The notes below the pieces were generated by a model. It made no database searches. It had not been told where the DNA came from and saw only the letters and a program-made list of their open reading frames with translations. From positions 160,001 through 224,000 of the forward strand of contig CAVRVY010000003.1 of assembly GCA_963724765.1 (NCBI GenBank): 64,000 bases of DNA, read 5' to 3'. This DNA is from an uncultured delta proteobacterium (GTDB taxonomy: Bacteria; Desulfobacterota; Binatia; Binatales; Binataceae). Positions 41,909 to 52,836 of this stretch are shown here, in pieces. How positions within the stretch are numbered: the stretch's first letter is position 1; every line of letters begins with the position of its first letter. The position numbers and the translations under genes are program-made.

Positions 41909-43563
41909 CACAGCGGGTTCTCGCAGCTAATCCGCCGGATCAGCGCTCGAATCTCGGAATCAATCCTTGAGACTGACCCAAAACCCGAGAAGTATGCCGG
42001 CCATAAGTTGAGAGAACGGCTGGAGGTGTGGTCCTCTGCAAGCAGCCTGAGGAGGGCAGCGGGATGCCGAAGAAGGGCCACGGCGAGGAGCAGATCCTGC
42101 GCGCCTTGCGTCAGGCGGAGAGCGGCACGCGGGTGAGCGAGATCTGCCGCGAGTATGGGATCAGCGACGCGACGCTTTACGTCTGGAAGAAGAAGTACGC
42201 CGGGCTGGGGCTGAGCGAGCTGCGCGAACTGCGGCAGCTGCGCGAGGAGAACGGCAAGCTCAAGCGGCTGGTCGCCGACCTGTCGTTCGATCGTCACATT
42301 CTCCAGGAGATCGTGCAAAAAAAGCTGTAAGGCCCCGTCAGCGGCGCGAGCTCGGGCTGTGGACCCAAGCGGTCTTTGCCCTGAGCGGACGCCGGGCGGC
42401 GGGGCTGATGAACATCACGCGCAAGACCTTGGTGTACCGGAGCCGGCGACCACCGCAGGACGCTCTGCGCATGCGACTGCGTGAGCTGGCGGCGAGCCGG
42501 GTGCGCTTTGGCTATCGGACGGTTGACCGTGATCCTCAGGAGAGAGGGCTGGCGGGTGAACCCAAGCGCATCTACCGACTCTACACCGAGGATGGGCTCA
42601 CGGTGCGGACCAAGCTGCGCAAGAGGCTGGCGCGGCGAGCGCGGGTGGCGACGCCCAAAGCGACGCGGCCGAATGCCAAGTGAAGCATGGACTTCATGAG
42701 CGCAAAACTCCTTGATGGGCGCTGGTTTCGTGTGCTGACGGTAATTGATCAGTTCACGCGGGAATGCCTGACGCTGGTCGCCGACCGCGCGCTCAACGGC
42801 CACCGCGTGGCGCTCGCGCTTTCGCAGGTGGTCGCCGAGCGAGGAACGCCCGAATCGATCACCGCCGATAACGGCAGCGAATTCGCCAGCAAGGCGATGG
42901 ACGGGTGGAGCTACCAGTACGGGGTTCGCCTGGAGTTCATCCGTCCGGGAAAGCCGATTGACAATGGCTACATCGAATCGTTTAACGGTCGGCTTCGCGA
43001 TGCTTGAACGTCGAAACCTTTTTCGATCTGAGTGACGTCCGGGAGAAGCTCGAGCACTGGCGACTGGACTACAACCAGGCGCGACCTCACAGCGCGTTGG
43101 GCGATCGTTCTCCCGAGGAGTTCGTGCGCGAGTGGAAAGAATCGAGCGCGGGCTCTCTGCGCACGGCTGGGCCGGCTAGCGAAACGCCGGCCGGCGCCGT
43201 GCACGACAGCAAGTCCGCCGAAGCAAAACGTTTACCGCTTTTCGTCCCGCCCTCGGATGTGAAGGGCGGGGCCGAAAAGCGGTCCGGGGACACGGCAGAG
43301 CCGGGAGCCGAAAAGGGCCAGTTGTTAGAGGTTGTCAATTGAGTATGTTGAGTGCGTTAAACGCCGGAAATACCGGTACCAATCGACCACACCAGGCCGA
43401 AATCTTTACCGTCGGTCGGCATACTTGCACGGGGCGAGTCATTCCGGGCAGACACTAACCTATCGGTGGGATACTTCGTTGGGGTAAGGTCAAGACGGCC
43501 GCCGACTCGGCGGGACTTCCAGCGCCAGTAGGCGCGGAAACCGCGTGGGTGCCAGCGGATCAC
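41909..43563 (-). pseudogene. rve-transposase fragment interrupted by IS3
   Basis: VIRWHPRGFRAYWRWKSRRVGGR (43497-43563) continues as RIDSEIRALIRRISCENPL (41909-41969). Confidence 0.8.
41974..43492 (+). mobile_element. IS3-family element (OrfA 42064-42330; OrfB degenerate) inserted in an rve-transposase remnant
   Basis: 22-bp IRs TGACC..GAAGTAT; AGAC target duplication at 41970-41973 and 43493-43496; A7G slippage site at 42317-42324; DNGSEF, NGYIESFNGRLR. Confidence 0.92.
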
Positions 43564-43692
43564 GGGCTGGGCGGGGCCGGCGCGAAAGGCCAGAGTGGAG
43601 GTTCGAATTTCAGCGTCACACTCTAAAGAGCGCTCAGCGCAGGTATTTTGGGGAGCGGGCTCGCAGTGCGTACCAAGGGGAGTCACATCACG

Positions 43693-44622
43693 CTAAAGAC
43701 CCAAGGCGGCGCGCGTTGCCGGGCCCACGATGCCGTCGGCGGTGAGCGCGTATTTTTGCTGAAAATCGGTGACCGCGGCCACCGTCGCCATACCGAAAAC
43801 TCCATCGATGACCAGCGCATAGCCCTTCGCCTTGAGGGCATTTTGCACACTCTCGACGTCGCTGCCCTGCAATAAAGGATCGCGCAGCGACAGCAGTCGT
43901 TCGTCGACGATCTGTGCAGAGGCTCTTACCGTGTCGCCCGCAAGAGCCGACGAGTCGATAGTGACGCTGCGAACTACGATGGGGAGATCGAGATTCCACT
44001 GATTGGCCACGATGAGTTTTCCAAGTTCGACCATTCGGTAGACCGTTTTTTGCAAAAGCGGATTCGCATTCGTAGCCAGCCATTGCTGGCGAACCGAGAT
44101 ATACTGACTGACCCAAGCGTTCTCGCCCAACTTCTGACAGGAGCCACACTGAGCATTGGTGCGATCCCGCATCAGGACCCAACTGCCGTGAACGAAACTG
44201 TCGTATATCACGCAGCATCCGAGAGCGGACGTTATTCCAAGGCCAGTCGCGGACGTCAGCGCGGGGGTCCAATAGACCCGGTTGAAGAATGCGTCCTGAA
44301 CCTGATGCATGACCAGGTCCGAACCCGCCTGATGAAGCAGGTCTTTGAAACCGTGGTCGTTATCGAGCGAGGGATCCTTCAGTTGCAGTCTGCCCATGAA
44401 TGGCTGGAATGAATCGGCGTATTGAGCCCCGGCAGCCGCGACATAAGCCTTTATCAGGAGAAACAGATTGCCGCTCGCCAGCGTCGTCTGCGATCTGCCG
44501 TAGGTCAGATGGCCCGAATCACCCGCCAGCAATGTCACGTTGCCATAGTTGCCGAGCACCCGCCCTGTCTCAAAGATGTTGACGATGGCTTCGGCGGTAG
44601 CCTTTTGGATATCGGTCGGCAT
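43693..44622 (-). CDS. Chitosanase/lysozyme-like glycoside hydrolase with C-terminal peptidoglycan-binding domain
   Basis: AIVNIFETG, D.GHLTYGRSQTT, QVQD.FF...YW.PA, YDSFVHG; G.DV..VQ.AL...DGVFG..T..AV..FQ....L.ADGIVGPAT. Confidence 0.82.
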   Translation of the reverse strand: MPTDIQKATAEAIVNIFETGRVLGNYGNVTLLAGDSGHLTYGRSQTTLASGNLFLLIKAYVAAAGAQYADSFQPFMGRLQLKDPSLDNDHGFKDLLHQAGSDLVMHQVQDAFFNRVYWTPALTSATGLGITSALGCCVIYDSFVHGSWVLMRDRTNAQCGSCQKLGENAWVSQYISVRQQWLATNANPLLQKTVYRMVELGKLIVANQWNLDLPIVVRSVTIDSSALAGDTVRASAQIVDERLLSLRDPLLQGSDVESVQNALKAKGYALVIDGVFGMATVAAVTDFQQKYALTADGIVGPATRAALGL

Positions 44623-44678
44623 TGGCGTTCACTCCTGAGCGACGCGCAATCGGCTTAAGAAACTTGCGTCGTACAACG

Positions 44679-46562
44679 TCATTTGGTGATGATTACGACC
44701 GGCCACGCCGCCATCTGTCCATCGGGATTGGTCACCGAGAGTTCCGGCTTTTTGGTCGGCTCCGGAGGAGGTGCGACAGCGCCTGCTCCGGCGGCGCCAG
44801 CGCCTCCGGCAAGCGGAGCGGTTGGTCTCGGCGCCTGCATCGCGACGATCTTGTCGATCAAGTCTTTGTCTCGCACCGTCAGCCGTAGTTCGGATGCCAA
44901 GTTGTCGTCAGTGGCCTTGTCGTCGCGGGTTACCATTTCGACCACATTTTTGGTTGCTCCAGCCGCGGAGGCTTTCACGTAAGGCACCTTCAATTCGCCG
45001 AATCTGATACCGCAATCGGTGGCCAGACTCTGGCCGATGATGCTGACGGTCAGCCTGTCGTTGCGCCCTGCCGCAGGCGGTGGAACGATATCCGGTTCCC
45101 ACGATGCCATGGTCGCCATGATGATTGGCCCGGGTTTACGCACCATCTTGCCGCCCAGGTATCCAGCCGAACTTGCGCCCATCAGTAAAAGGAATCCTTG
45201 CGGAACCGCCGGCAGGTTATGGAGCGAGCTCGGATCTGCTAGAAAGGTCAGCGATAGAAACGATACAACGCCTACGATCGTCCATACGACAAACTGGACT
45301 CGCTCTGGCACCACAACGCCACCGACCGTCAGCAGGTCGGCCCAGCCGGGTTGGACTTTTCCGGCGCCTTTCGATCCCACTGCGGACGCTATGCCGGTCG
45401 CGACCACGGAAGTTCCGACGCTCAATCCCAGGATGCCAGGCAGATTTCCGGGAACGTCAGAAAACTCGAATGTTCCCTGGATCAGGCTGCGCACCAGGGT
45501 GAGGTACGAATATCCAAGGACTACTCCAAACGTCCATAAATAGAATTGAAACTTGGAGAGGCTATAAGTGTCGGTTTCTGCATCCAGCATGAGGGCGGTC
45601 ATCAACTTGTATGACTTTCCGGCGATTTTTTTCTGCGCGGGGCGGCTTAGGATCAGACTCAAGATCGCAATAATCACGGCCACAAAGATCAACGCCCACC
45701 ATCGCGGGGTTGCGCTGTTAACGCGTGAAATCGTCACTGTCCTGAGGGCCGAGGATTGTGTTCCGATGTTGACCGCGAGGCTGTCGATGCCGCCATAGGT
45801 TGCGATGGGAATGCCGGTTAGACGAATTTCGCGGCCATTTTGATCGACCGTTCCGACTATGTCGCACGCCGCGCATGGCTTCGGGTCGCCGCAATTCCAG
45901 CAAACTTTCAACTCGTTGTTGTTAACCAAGATGCGATTATCCTTGCCGGCGAGACTGAAATTATCGCCGCTTAAGATCAGGTTTGCGCTCTGGGCGGGCT
46001 GAGAAGGGCCGTTGGTGGAAGATTCCAGGCATCCATTGGTGTTGTTGGCCGGGTAGGCCACCTCGGGCGTGACACCGAGCAAAGCAGGCCCCTCGCTGGT
46101 CTCGCGCACAACCCTGAGAGGCACGAAGGGGGACGTGCCGAGACCGGAGGTCGAAACCGGCACTGCTTTATATAGGCGGATTTCATAGGTCCCAATCGGG
46201 AGATCGAATGGAACTATCGCGCCGCAGGAACCGTCGCCTGCTTTTGCCCGGACACACGGCACCAGCTTTTGCGTCGAATTGTCGCATCCATTTTCGTTTG
46301 GTTTACTATGCGGCACACAGGCTTCCATGAACACAGCAACGGTTTGGTCCAGGAGGTCGTTCGGGCTAACTGCATTGAGTTGGACGGTCGCTCCGCGCGC
46401 CGCCTGCCCGGGCCCGGCTGAAGTCAGAGGTATAAGGTGATCCGAACCTGAATCGTCGGCGAGCGCAGTCGACGTTACTGAAAGGGCGGGCGAACCGGCG
46501 AGTGCCAATATGACGGCGGCTATGATCGCCCGCGCAGGTACCCATCGAAGTTCCCAATCCAT
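44679..46562 (-). CDS. Hypothetical multi-pass membrane protein with Cys-containing extracytoplasmic N-terminal domain
   Basis: 627 aa; signal peptide, IPT/Ig-like segment, duplicated TM module (SLSKFQFYLWT / PERVQFVVWT). Confidence 0.8.
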   Translation of the reverse strand: MDWELRWVPARAIIAAVILALAGSPALSVTSTALADDSGSDHLIPLTSAGPGQAARGATVQLNAVSPNDLLDQTVAVFMEACVPHSKPNENGCDNSTQKLVPCVRAKAGDGSCGAIVPFDLPIGTYEIRLYKAVPVSTSGLGTSPFVPLRVVRETSEGPALLGVTPEVAYPANNTNGCLESSTNGPSQPAQSANLILSGDNFSLAGKDNRILVNNNELKVCWNCGDPKPCAACDIVGTVDQNGREIRLTGIPIATYGGIDSLAVNIGTQSSALRTVTISRVNSATPRWWALIFVAVIIAILSLILSRPAQKKIAGKSYKLMTALMLDAETDTYSLSKFQFYLWTFGVVLGYSYLTLVRSLIQGTFEFSDVPGNLPGILGLSVGTSVVATGIASAVGSKGAGKVQPGWADLLTVGGVVVPERVQFVVWTIVGVVSFLSLTFLADPSSLHNLPAVPQGFLLLMGASSAGYLGGKMVRKPGPIIMATMASWEPDIVPPPAAGRNDRLTVSIIGQSLATDCGIRFGELKVPYVKASAAGATKNVVEMVTRDDKATDDNLASELRLTVRDKDLIDKIVAMQAPRPTAPLAGGAGAAGAGAVAPPPEPTKKPELSVTNPDGQMAAWPVVIITK

Positions 46563-46868
46563 CGCTGCCTCCCTGTCAAGGTGCGGCCTGGCTCACTATC
46601 GAGGGCGGTGCAATGAGCGACCCTGCTTCCGCCTTCGAGGAGATGGAAATCCTTAGAAGCTCACAAGACCCATTTCGTTTCGCATCGTCTTGGGGGAACT
46701 ATTGTCCGCTTTTACAGAGTGGGCCATCGAATGTCTAGCGAACGTAAACCGATAGTGAACACAATTCCACACACGTTTAGCATCATACGACGGCGAACTG
46801 GTTGTGTTAGGCGTCTCTTAGGGCTAGTAAGCAGAGAGATTTGCAGACTAGACAGGGGGGTCGAACAG

Positions 46869-47846
46869 ATGAACGCGGATGTCGCACATATATATCAGTA
46901 TGCAACCACCATCATCACCAAGGCGTCGCTGTTCCTGAATGTCATGAGGCCGTCAATGGGTGGCCAGGATGATCCCAGCCAGAATCTGAGGCTCACGACC
47001 TCGACGCAGGAAACGGTCAGTGCGGAACTCATAAGGCAGCTAAAAGACAGCAACATCGTGTCACCGTCCGCGATTGGGCTGATATTTGCGACCGCGTTGC
47101 CAATCGTGCTGGACGGCGCAAACCAGGGCGGACAGGGTTCGCTGCTCGGGTTCGTCGGCACTTCGGCGGCACTTCCGTTCAAACTGATCAGAGATGTGGT
47201 TACGGGAAAAGACCCGCTGGGTGAGATTCAGAGTTTGCCCGGGGAACTGCGCGGGGCATTGTCTCAGATGGCCCCCTCGCTTTTCCATCTGTCGTTTCTG
47301 CTGGTGAACCAGGTAGAGGTCGCACTGTCAGTCCTGCCTACGTTGCAAATGTTCAAGCAGTCCGAAGCTGCAATGGCGAATGTCGAAAAGGCTCTGGGCG
47401 ATTATTTCTTCACTGACGGTTTCGCCACGATCGATGGCGATAGGATCTCGCGTCCCCAGTTTACGGACGTCGCAACCGGAGACCTGCGGACGCTCAAATC
47501 GCTGGTATCACAGAAATCGGGAGCTGACTTCGTTCGCAACGCCGTGCGGATACCTATAGAAGCGGGCGCCGACGTCGAATACGACCTGCAAAAAAGACTG
47601 GCCCACGCGATGACCAAGGTTTTTGGCGCAGCTCCGACAGCCACTCAGCACGAGAAGCTGAGGTCGTGGATGAAGGGGTTCGCTTCGAACGCGGAATCTA
47701 CCACTACCGCGGCAGTCGAAGCCCTTGTGTTGGGCGCGGGAGCGGCCCAGTCTAACTCGCTGATTGGAGCAGCTAGTGGTACCGCCGCCGGCACGATCGC
47801 CAGAAAGGCGACGCAACATGTATTTCTCAGGGAACTCGGAGTCTAG
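46869..47846 (+). CDS. Hypothetical protein
   Basis: Long ORF with G-rich RBS; no recognised motif. Confidence 0.7.
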   Translation: MNADVAHIYQYATTIITKASLFLNVMRPSMGGQDDPSQNLRLTTSTQETVSAELIRQLKDSNIVSPSAIGLIFATALPIVLDGANQGGQGSLLGFVGTSAALPFKLIRDVVTGKDPLGEIQSLPGELRGALSQMAPSLFHLSFLLVNQVEVALSVLPTLQMFKQSEAAMANVEKALGDYFFTDGFATIDGDRISRPQFTDVATGDLRTLKSLVSQKSGADFVRNAVRIPIEAGADVEYDLQKRLAHAMTKVFGAAPTATQHEKLRSWMKGFASNAESTTTAAVEALVLGAGAAQSNSLIGAASGTAAGTIARKATQHVFLRELGV

Positions 47847-47909
47847 ACGAGCCTCTTTCCTTCGACCGTAACTGCCACAGACTCAAGTGGTTCATGCGAG
47901 GGGGACGCG

Positions 47910-49628
47910 ATGACGGACGAACGACGACTTGCGATTTGCATCAAGGGCGGCGTATCACTGGGTGCGTACGAGGCGGGCGTTTTGGCGAAGACGCTTGAAC
48001 TCATTGCGAACAACAACTTTATAGCCGACAACATCCCGCAGGCGCACGCGATTCCCTGGTACATCGACACGTTGGCGGGCGCGAGCGCGGGATCGATGAC
48101 ATCCGTAGCCACCGCCTGCATCCTGCTAAATAGCAGCAGCAATTATCTCGCTGAGATGTGGGTTCACAAGGCCGCGCTCTCGACCCTGGCCCCCGATTCC
48201 TCCATTGGTACAGATTTGGGTTACCAGAAAGGCGATGACATGCTGGCGGCGTCTTCGCTCGATGCGCTGGCGATAGATTTTGACGCACCACCGCCGTTGG
48301 TAACGAAACGTCATCCGGCGCTGCGCCCGGGCTACGCGATTATCCGAACGATTTTCTCGCTCTCGAACATCAACGGCGTTCCCAATCCCGTCGATACGCT
48401 CAATGGTAGCTCGCTGGTGTTTCGTGAGTACGCCGATGCGGCCCGATTCGACATTACCGTCGATGATGCCGGCAGGTTGTACGTAAGCGGCTCCGACACA
48501 CGGGCTGCCGCCTCTATTCAAGCGAATGACGACAGCGGTACTGCGTGGTATGCCATGATTCAATCGGCAATTGCTTCGGGGTCTTTCCCATTGGCTTTTT
48601 CCCCGCGTGGATTGTGGCGGTGGCATGCGGATCGTCACGAGTATTCTGCCGAGTACTACTCGGACGGTGGGCTATTCGATAACGATCCTGTCGGCAAGCT
48701 TATCAATCTGGCACACGAGACGGATTGGGCTCCCGGAAACGCCGTCTATCAGGACAATCAGCGACGATTCATGGTGGTGCACACCGCTCCCACTGATTTG
48801 TCCGACCCATCTATCAAAGCTCCTTGTCCAACGCTGGAGCTTAATCCAATCGACTTGGCCAGAAAGCTGATTCCCGCGTTCGTCAACGAATCGATGGAGA
48901 GCGGTTTGCGAGGGATCACCACAGTCAATCTCCAGTTCGCGCAGCGAATGTCGGTCCTCAATCGTCTGGCCAAGTTCGCCGCCACGTCTTCTGTCGCCCC
49001 TGGCGGGCCTTCTCCACTTATGGCCGCGATCTCCGCATTGGCGACACTGCGCGGATTCAGTGACGATCAGATCAATCAATTACGCGGATTCCTGATTCCG
49101 GATCTGAAGGACACCGATCCAATTCTCCACGACTATGTGATTAAGCTTCCTGCTGGGGCCCAGAGGGTATTCGAGGATTTTGCCATTTTCTTCGACCTTT
49201 CCTTTGACCTGGCAGACAAGGTTCCGATCAAGCCTATCCTGATCGCCCCCTCACCGGGCGAGTCTCTTTCAGGAGATCCACTCTTCGCCTTCGCAGGATT
49301 TTTTTCTCAGACCCTGCGAGAATGCGACTTTGCAAGAGGCCAGTACGACGCGTTCAAGGCTTGGGAGGCGATAAGCAAAGGACCCGAGAAGGACTTTACA
49401 ATCGAGGGCGTCGAGGCTCCTTCTCCGGTCGGCGATCGCCAACCGGACACAGATGCGCCCTCATCATCGAGCGAATACACCAAAGGCCTTGAAGTATTCC
49501 GGAAGCGGCTGAAACTCGTCATCGATAGGGCTGTGGATGAGCTGAAATCCGAATCGGGGCTTGCCGCTAAGGTTGGGTTGGATCTCCTTCAGATACTTGC
49601 CAACCTCGGTGTGGGCACAATCGGTTGA
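47910..49628 (+). CDS. Long patatin-like phospholipase
   Basis: GGVSLGAYEAG, GASAG, ASGSFPLAF, DGGLFDNDP, FAGFF. Confidence 0.88.
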   Translation: MTDERRLAICIKGGVSLGAYEAGVLAKTLELIANNNFIADNIPQAHAIPWYIDTLAGASAGSMTSVATACILLNSSSNYLAEMWVHKAALSTLAPDSSIGTDLGYQKGDDMLAASSLDALAIDFDAPPPLVTKRHPALRPGYAIIRTIFSLSNINGVPNPVDTLNGSSLVFREYADAARFDITVDDAGRLYVSGSDTRAAASIQANDDSGTAWYAMIQSAIASGSFPLAFSPRGLWRWHADRHEYSAEYYSDGGLFDNDPVGKLINLAHETDWAPGNAVYQDNQRRFMVVHTAPTDLSDPSIKAPCPTLELNPIDLARKLIPAFVNESMESGLRGITTVNLQFAQRMSVLNRLAKFAATSSVAPGGPSPLMAAISALATLRGFSDDQINQLRGFLIPDLKDTDPILHDYVIKLPAGAQRVFEDFAIFFDLSFDLADKVPIKPILIAPSPGESLSGDPLFAFAGFFSQTLRECDFARGQYDAFKAWEAISKGPEKDFTIEGVEAPSPVGDRQPDTDAPSSSSEYTKGLEVFRKRLKLVIDRAVDELKSESGLAAKVGLDLLQILANLGVGTIG

Positions 49629-49859
49629 GAAAACCACAGCCCTGTTTTGTTGGTGACGCGCGCCGTCACCTCACGCTGGCAACGCCAGCGTACCCGGTTC
49701 GAGATGCCTTGGGGCACTGAGTAGTCGGGATCAGGCCGCTTCGATTGATGAGAGTTGCGCGCAGCTCTTGGCCACGAGCACTTTGCAGTACCGCGCCCAA
49801 TTCATCGCCGATCGCCCGCGGCGGTTTCGCCCGCCGGGTCCGGAACGAAATAGCACAAC

Positions 49860-50064
49860 ATCTGGGTATGCCGTGGTAGAACGGCCACGTCGAGCGGCTC
49901 ATCGGCTCGATCTCGAGCGAATATCTTGATCACCCTCGTCCAGGCATATCTCCTTTTGGACAAGAATGCATAGGATTTTCGGCGCCCGCCGAAGCTTGGC
50001 CCATCAATTTTGCGCGCGCTTTACCATCAATACGTCGGGGTTTAGTGCTTGACTTAAGCACAGG
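49860..50064 (+). mobile_element. Degenerate 3' end of an rve element
   Basis: PW.NGHVERLIGSI, HQYVGV-stop, terminal ...GACTTAAGCACAGG. Confidence 0.75.
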
Positions 50065-50242
50065 CAATAGAGCGAACAGCAGACATAGAGGTGAACCAAC
50101 CACCTGGTGCACACTCATACAATTAAATATGAGTTGCCTTTGTTCGGTCTGCTTCATTGCCCTTTCCTGGTGCTGCTCGGTGTTGGTCTTTTTAACTGTC
50201 TGTGGCTCGGCGGATTGCTCCCGGTTAGACTTCTTTCTCGCT

Positions 50243-50276
50243 GGCCAGATCCGATTGGCGGCCAGATCCGATTGGC
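50243..50276. repeat. 17-bp tandem duplication
   Basis: GGCCAGATCCGATTGGC x2. Confidence 0.8.
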
Positions 50277-50554
50277 GTTCCTCCGATCGACCTCGCTTTT
50301 CAAGCTCCTCTTTCTTGGCGATCTCAGTAGTTACCTGCCTTAAGCCGCGATTCCCTTAATGCGAGTTGCATTTTTTCTACGAGATCTGGTTGAAACACCT
50401 ATAACCGGGACTCGCCCCGCTCGTCCAAAAAAACCGCTTGTCTGGCATCCTCGAGTAGCTTTGCGGTGCTGTGATCGCATGACGCCATACGGGCTCGCCG
50501 CAACTTAGATATCAACCCGAATCCTTTCGCGGACCGCGCTGCTTGGCGGAGGTT

Positions 50555-50660
50555 TGAAAGGCCCCTTGTGCTGGAGGAATTTGATACGACGGTTGTGGTC
50601 CCCCCCGGGTTGGCCGCCTCGCTCGACCGACTCGGCAATATAATTATTCGCACCCGTACT
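50555..50660 (+). pseudogene. Hydantoinase/oxoprolinase-like C-terminal remnant
   Basis: GPLVLEEFDTTVVVPPGW / SLDRLGNIII. Confidence 0.55.
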
Positions 50661-50853
50661 CAGGAAAGCTTAGTAGTCGTCATCCAACGATATAGATAGA
50701 CGTGGTTCTTTGATATGGGTGGTTGGCTAGGCGACCGAAAATCTGAGGAATGTGCGCAGTTGTGTTTCGTGAGTTCGGCCGTCCAGGAGTGCTTAAGAGC
50801 TCTGTTCCACCATGACCGCGTCTCCTGCGTTGTGAGTTCAAATTTAAGACACC

Positions 50854-52088
50854 TCACGCTTTACTCGCTATCTCTTCTGGGGACCCAACTGTCAACAACT
50901 TGACCAATTTATCCATAGCTGCAAATACGATCTCGACGCTGTAACCAGCCAAGAAAGCTAGAGCGACTGAGGATATGGACTTCGATTGTAAAAACCAAAC
51001 AACGGCCACTCCAGTTAAAGCGCCGATAATGACTCTCAGGTGGTAGCCATAGCTGGTCGATGCCGTATAAGTTTTCTGCTGAATCTCTAAATTTAGGCTG
51101 CGTAAGATGTACACTAGGGTACCAAGCAGCCCATAAAGAAATGGAAGTACAAATTGTTGAAGTGCCTGTAGCGCAAATGAAGCCTGGACTTTCATTTTCG
51201 CTATGACAACTGTCCTGCGGCCGTCAAACCAACCAGCCGGACCTCTTCTGGACCGCCCTCGCTTTTCGCACCTGGAACCGTCTCTGTTCGGAACAGGAGC
51301 TTTTCATCCTGTTCCTGTTCCTCAACTGACATTCGCCAGGGTGTTATCAGGTATCGCCAAACATGTGTCCAGCCCCGCAACGTGACATAATACCCCGCAA
51401 GAATGGCCACGTGGTCATAGAATCTCTGTCTCAGTTGAAACATCTCGCTCGGCGTCGGAGTGGGTGCAACTAGAGACTCACTTGACCCAGTCTGCTCGTT
51501 TGGGGACTCAGTCGCCTTGCTTACGTCTGGCTGGCTCTTAAAAGGTGCTTCAGCTGCCATTCTCGCTGTATTATCGTTCGAGCCCGTTAAATTTTCACCA
51601 GTTTTAAACCCATATAACTGAGCTACATAGCTTGCCAATTGGTACTGTGTCTGGTCGATGGACTGAGTTATGTCATGACCGATTAGCCAATAGATTTGTG
51701 CCGCCACAAGCAAGAGGAATGTGATGGCTGTAAGTGTCGTGTATCTTCTAATAGCGCGGCGCGCTAGGGATGCACCAAACCACCTATCTGGTATCTCTGT
51801 TATTGCTTTCAGGCTCTCGACCGTTACAGGCTTTGCTAGGCTGCAAAGTTTCGCATAGATGACCCAAAAAGCAGCTTCCTCAGTTGGGTCCAAGTCTGTG
51901 CCAGCGGTTATCTTTTCCTCAATGCCGATGAGAGAAGAGACTTCTGTCTGGTCAACGTTAAGACCCACCTTCACCGCGTGGGTCAACAACAACATGGCGT
52001 CATCAATTTCAGTTTGCGCGCTAGGATGGTGTTGAGCTGTGGATGGTGGAAGCTTTTTATGAGCTTCTTGGGCAGCGTCGTGTTTCAT
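50854..52088 (-). CDS. Hypothetical membrane protein, split by one frameshift (~51200-51300)
   Basis: ORFs 51201-52088 and 50854-51195 are collinear; LPFLYGLLG...ILR and LAFLAGYSVE TM module; lower GC. Confidence 0.7.
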
Positions 52089-52836
52089 TTCGTTTTACCT
52101 ATGCCCACGAGCCTGATTCGGTGCTTGGATTCTTAACCGGAATTTCCTTTTTAAATCCTGATTCAGACTCACACCAAGACTGTTTGGTTTGCAAACGCAA
52201 AGATCAAGCCGGGTTTTGAGCGCGAAGGGCCTTCCACCGCGCCGCAACAGACCGGTTTTGCCTCGTGTTGACATAAGATCCCGAAACCGCCGCTTCTCCG
52301 ACCGAATTCTCAGACACTTCCGCCTGCGCCCCAGCATCGTCACCGAAATTTGCTCCGCCCTGTGCTCGCCTTATCCCGCCGGCGACGGCAGCGCCGCGAT
52401 CTTCCGCAGCATGCCGGCAAACAGCCGCCGGGTCAGATGTCCCTCGGCCAACAGCAACCAGTAGTAGCGCGCATGTTGGATGAGCCGTCCGCCGGTCTTC
52501 ACCAACCGCTGCTGCAAGCTGGTCAGCGACCACTTCCCGATCGGCGCGGGCAGCGCCAGCCGCCGCCACAAATTCCCCAGGTTATAGGCGATGACGCTCA
52601 GCCACAGTCGCACCTCGTTGGCGCGGAAGCGCTGGCAGGAAAGCCGCGTCATCTTCACTGCTTGCTTGCCTTCCTTGATCCATTGCTCCGCAGTGCCGCG
52701 TTTGTTGTAGAAGCGCACCACCGTCCGGCTTGAAGTCCCAAGATTGATGGGATGGACTGCTCCCCACTTGGACGCCAGCCCAGTGGGCCACGATGGTACG
52801 TTTGACTATCAGCAACCAATGCGAGGAGGGTCAGCG

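Noticed and set aside
42681-42683. Selenocysteine at the TGA in IS3 OrfB
   Set aside because: The position corresponds to the conserved Trp of W(S)MDF, a TGG-to-TGA nonsense change in a decayed transposase
51195-51203. Stop-codon read-through (TAG) joining the two membrane-protein ORFs
   Set aside because: The downstream ORF is in a different frame, so this is a frameshift rather than recoding
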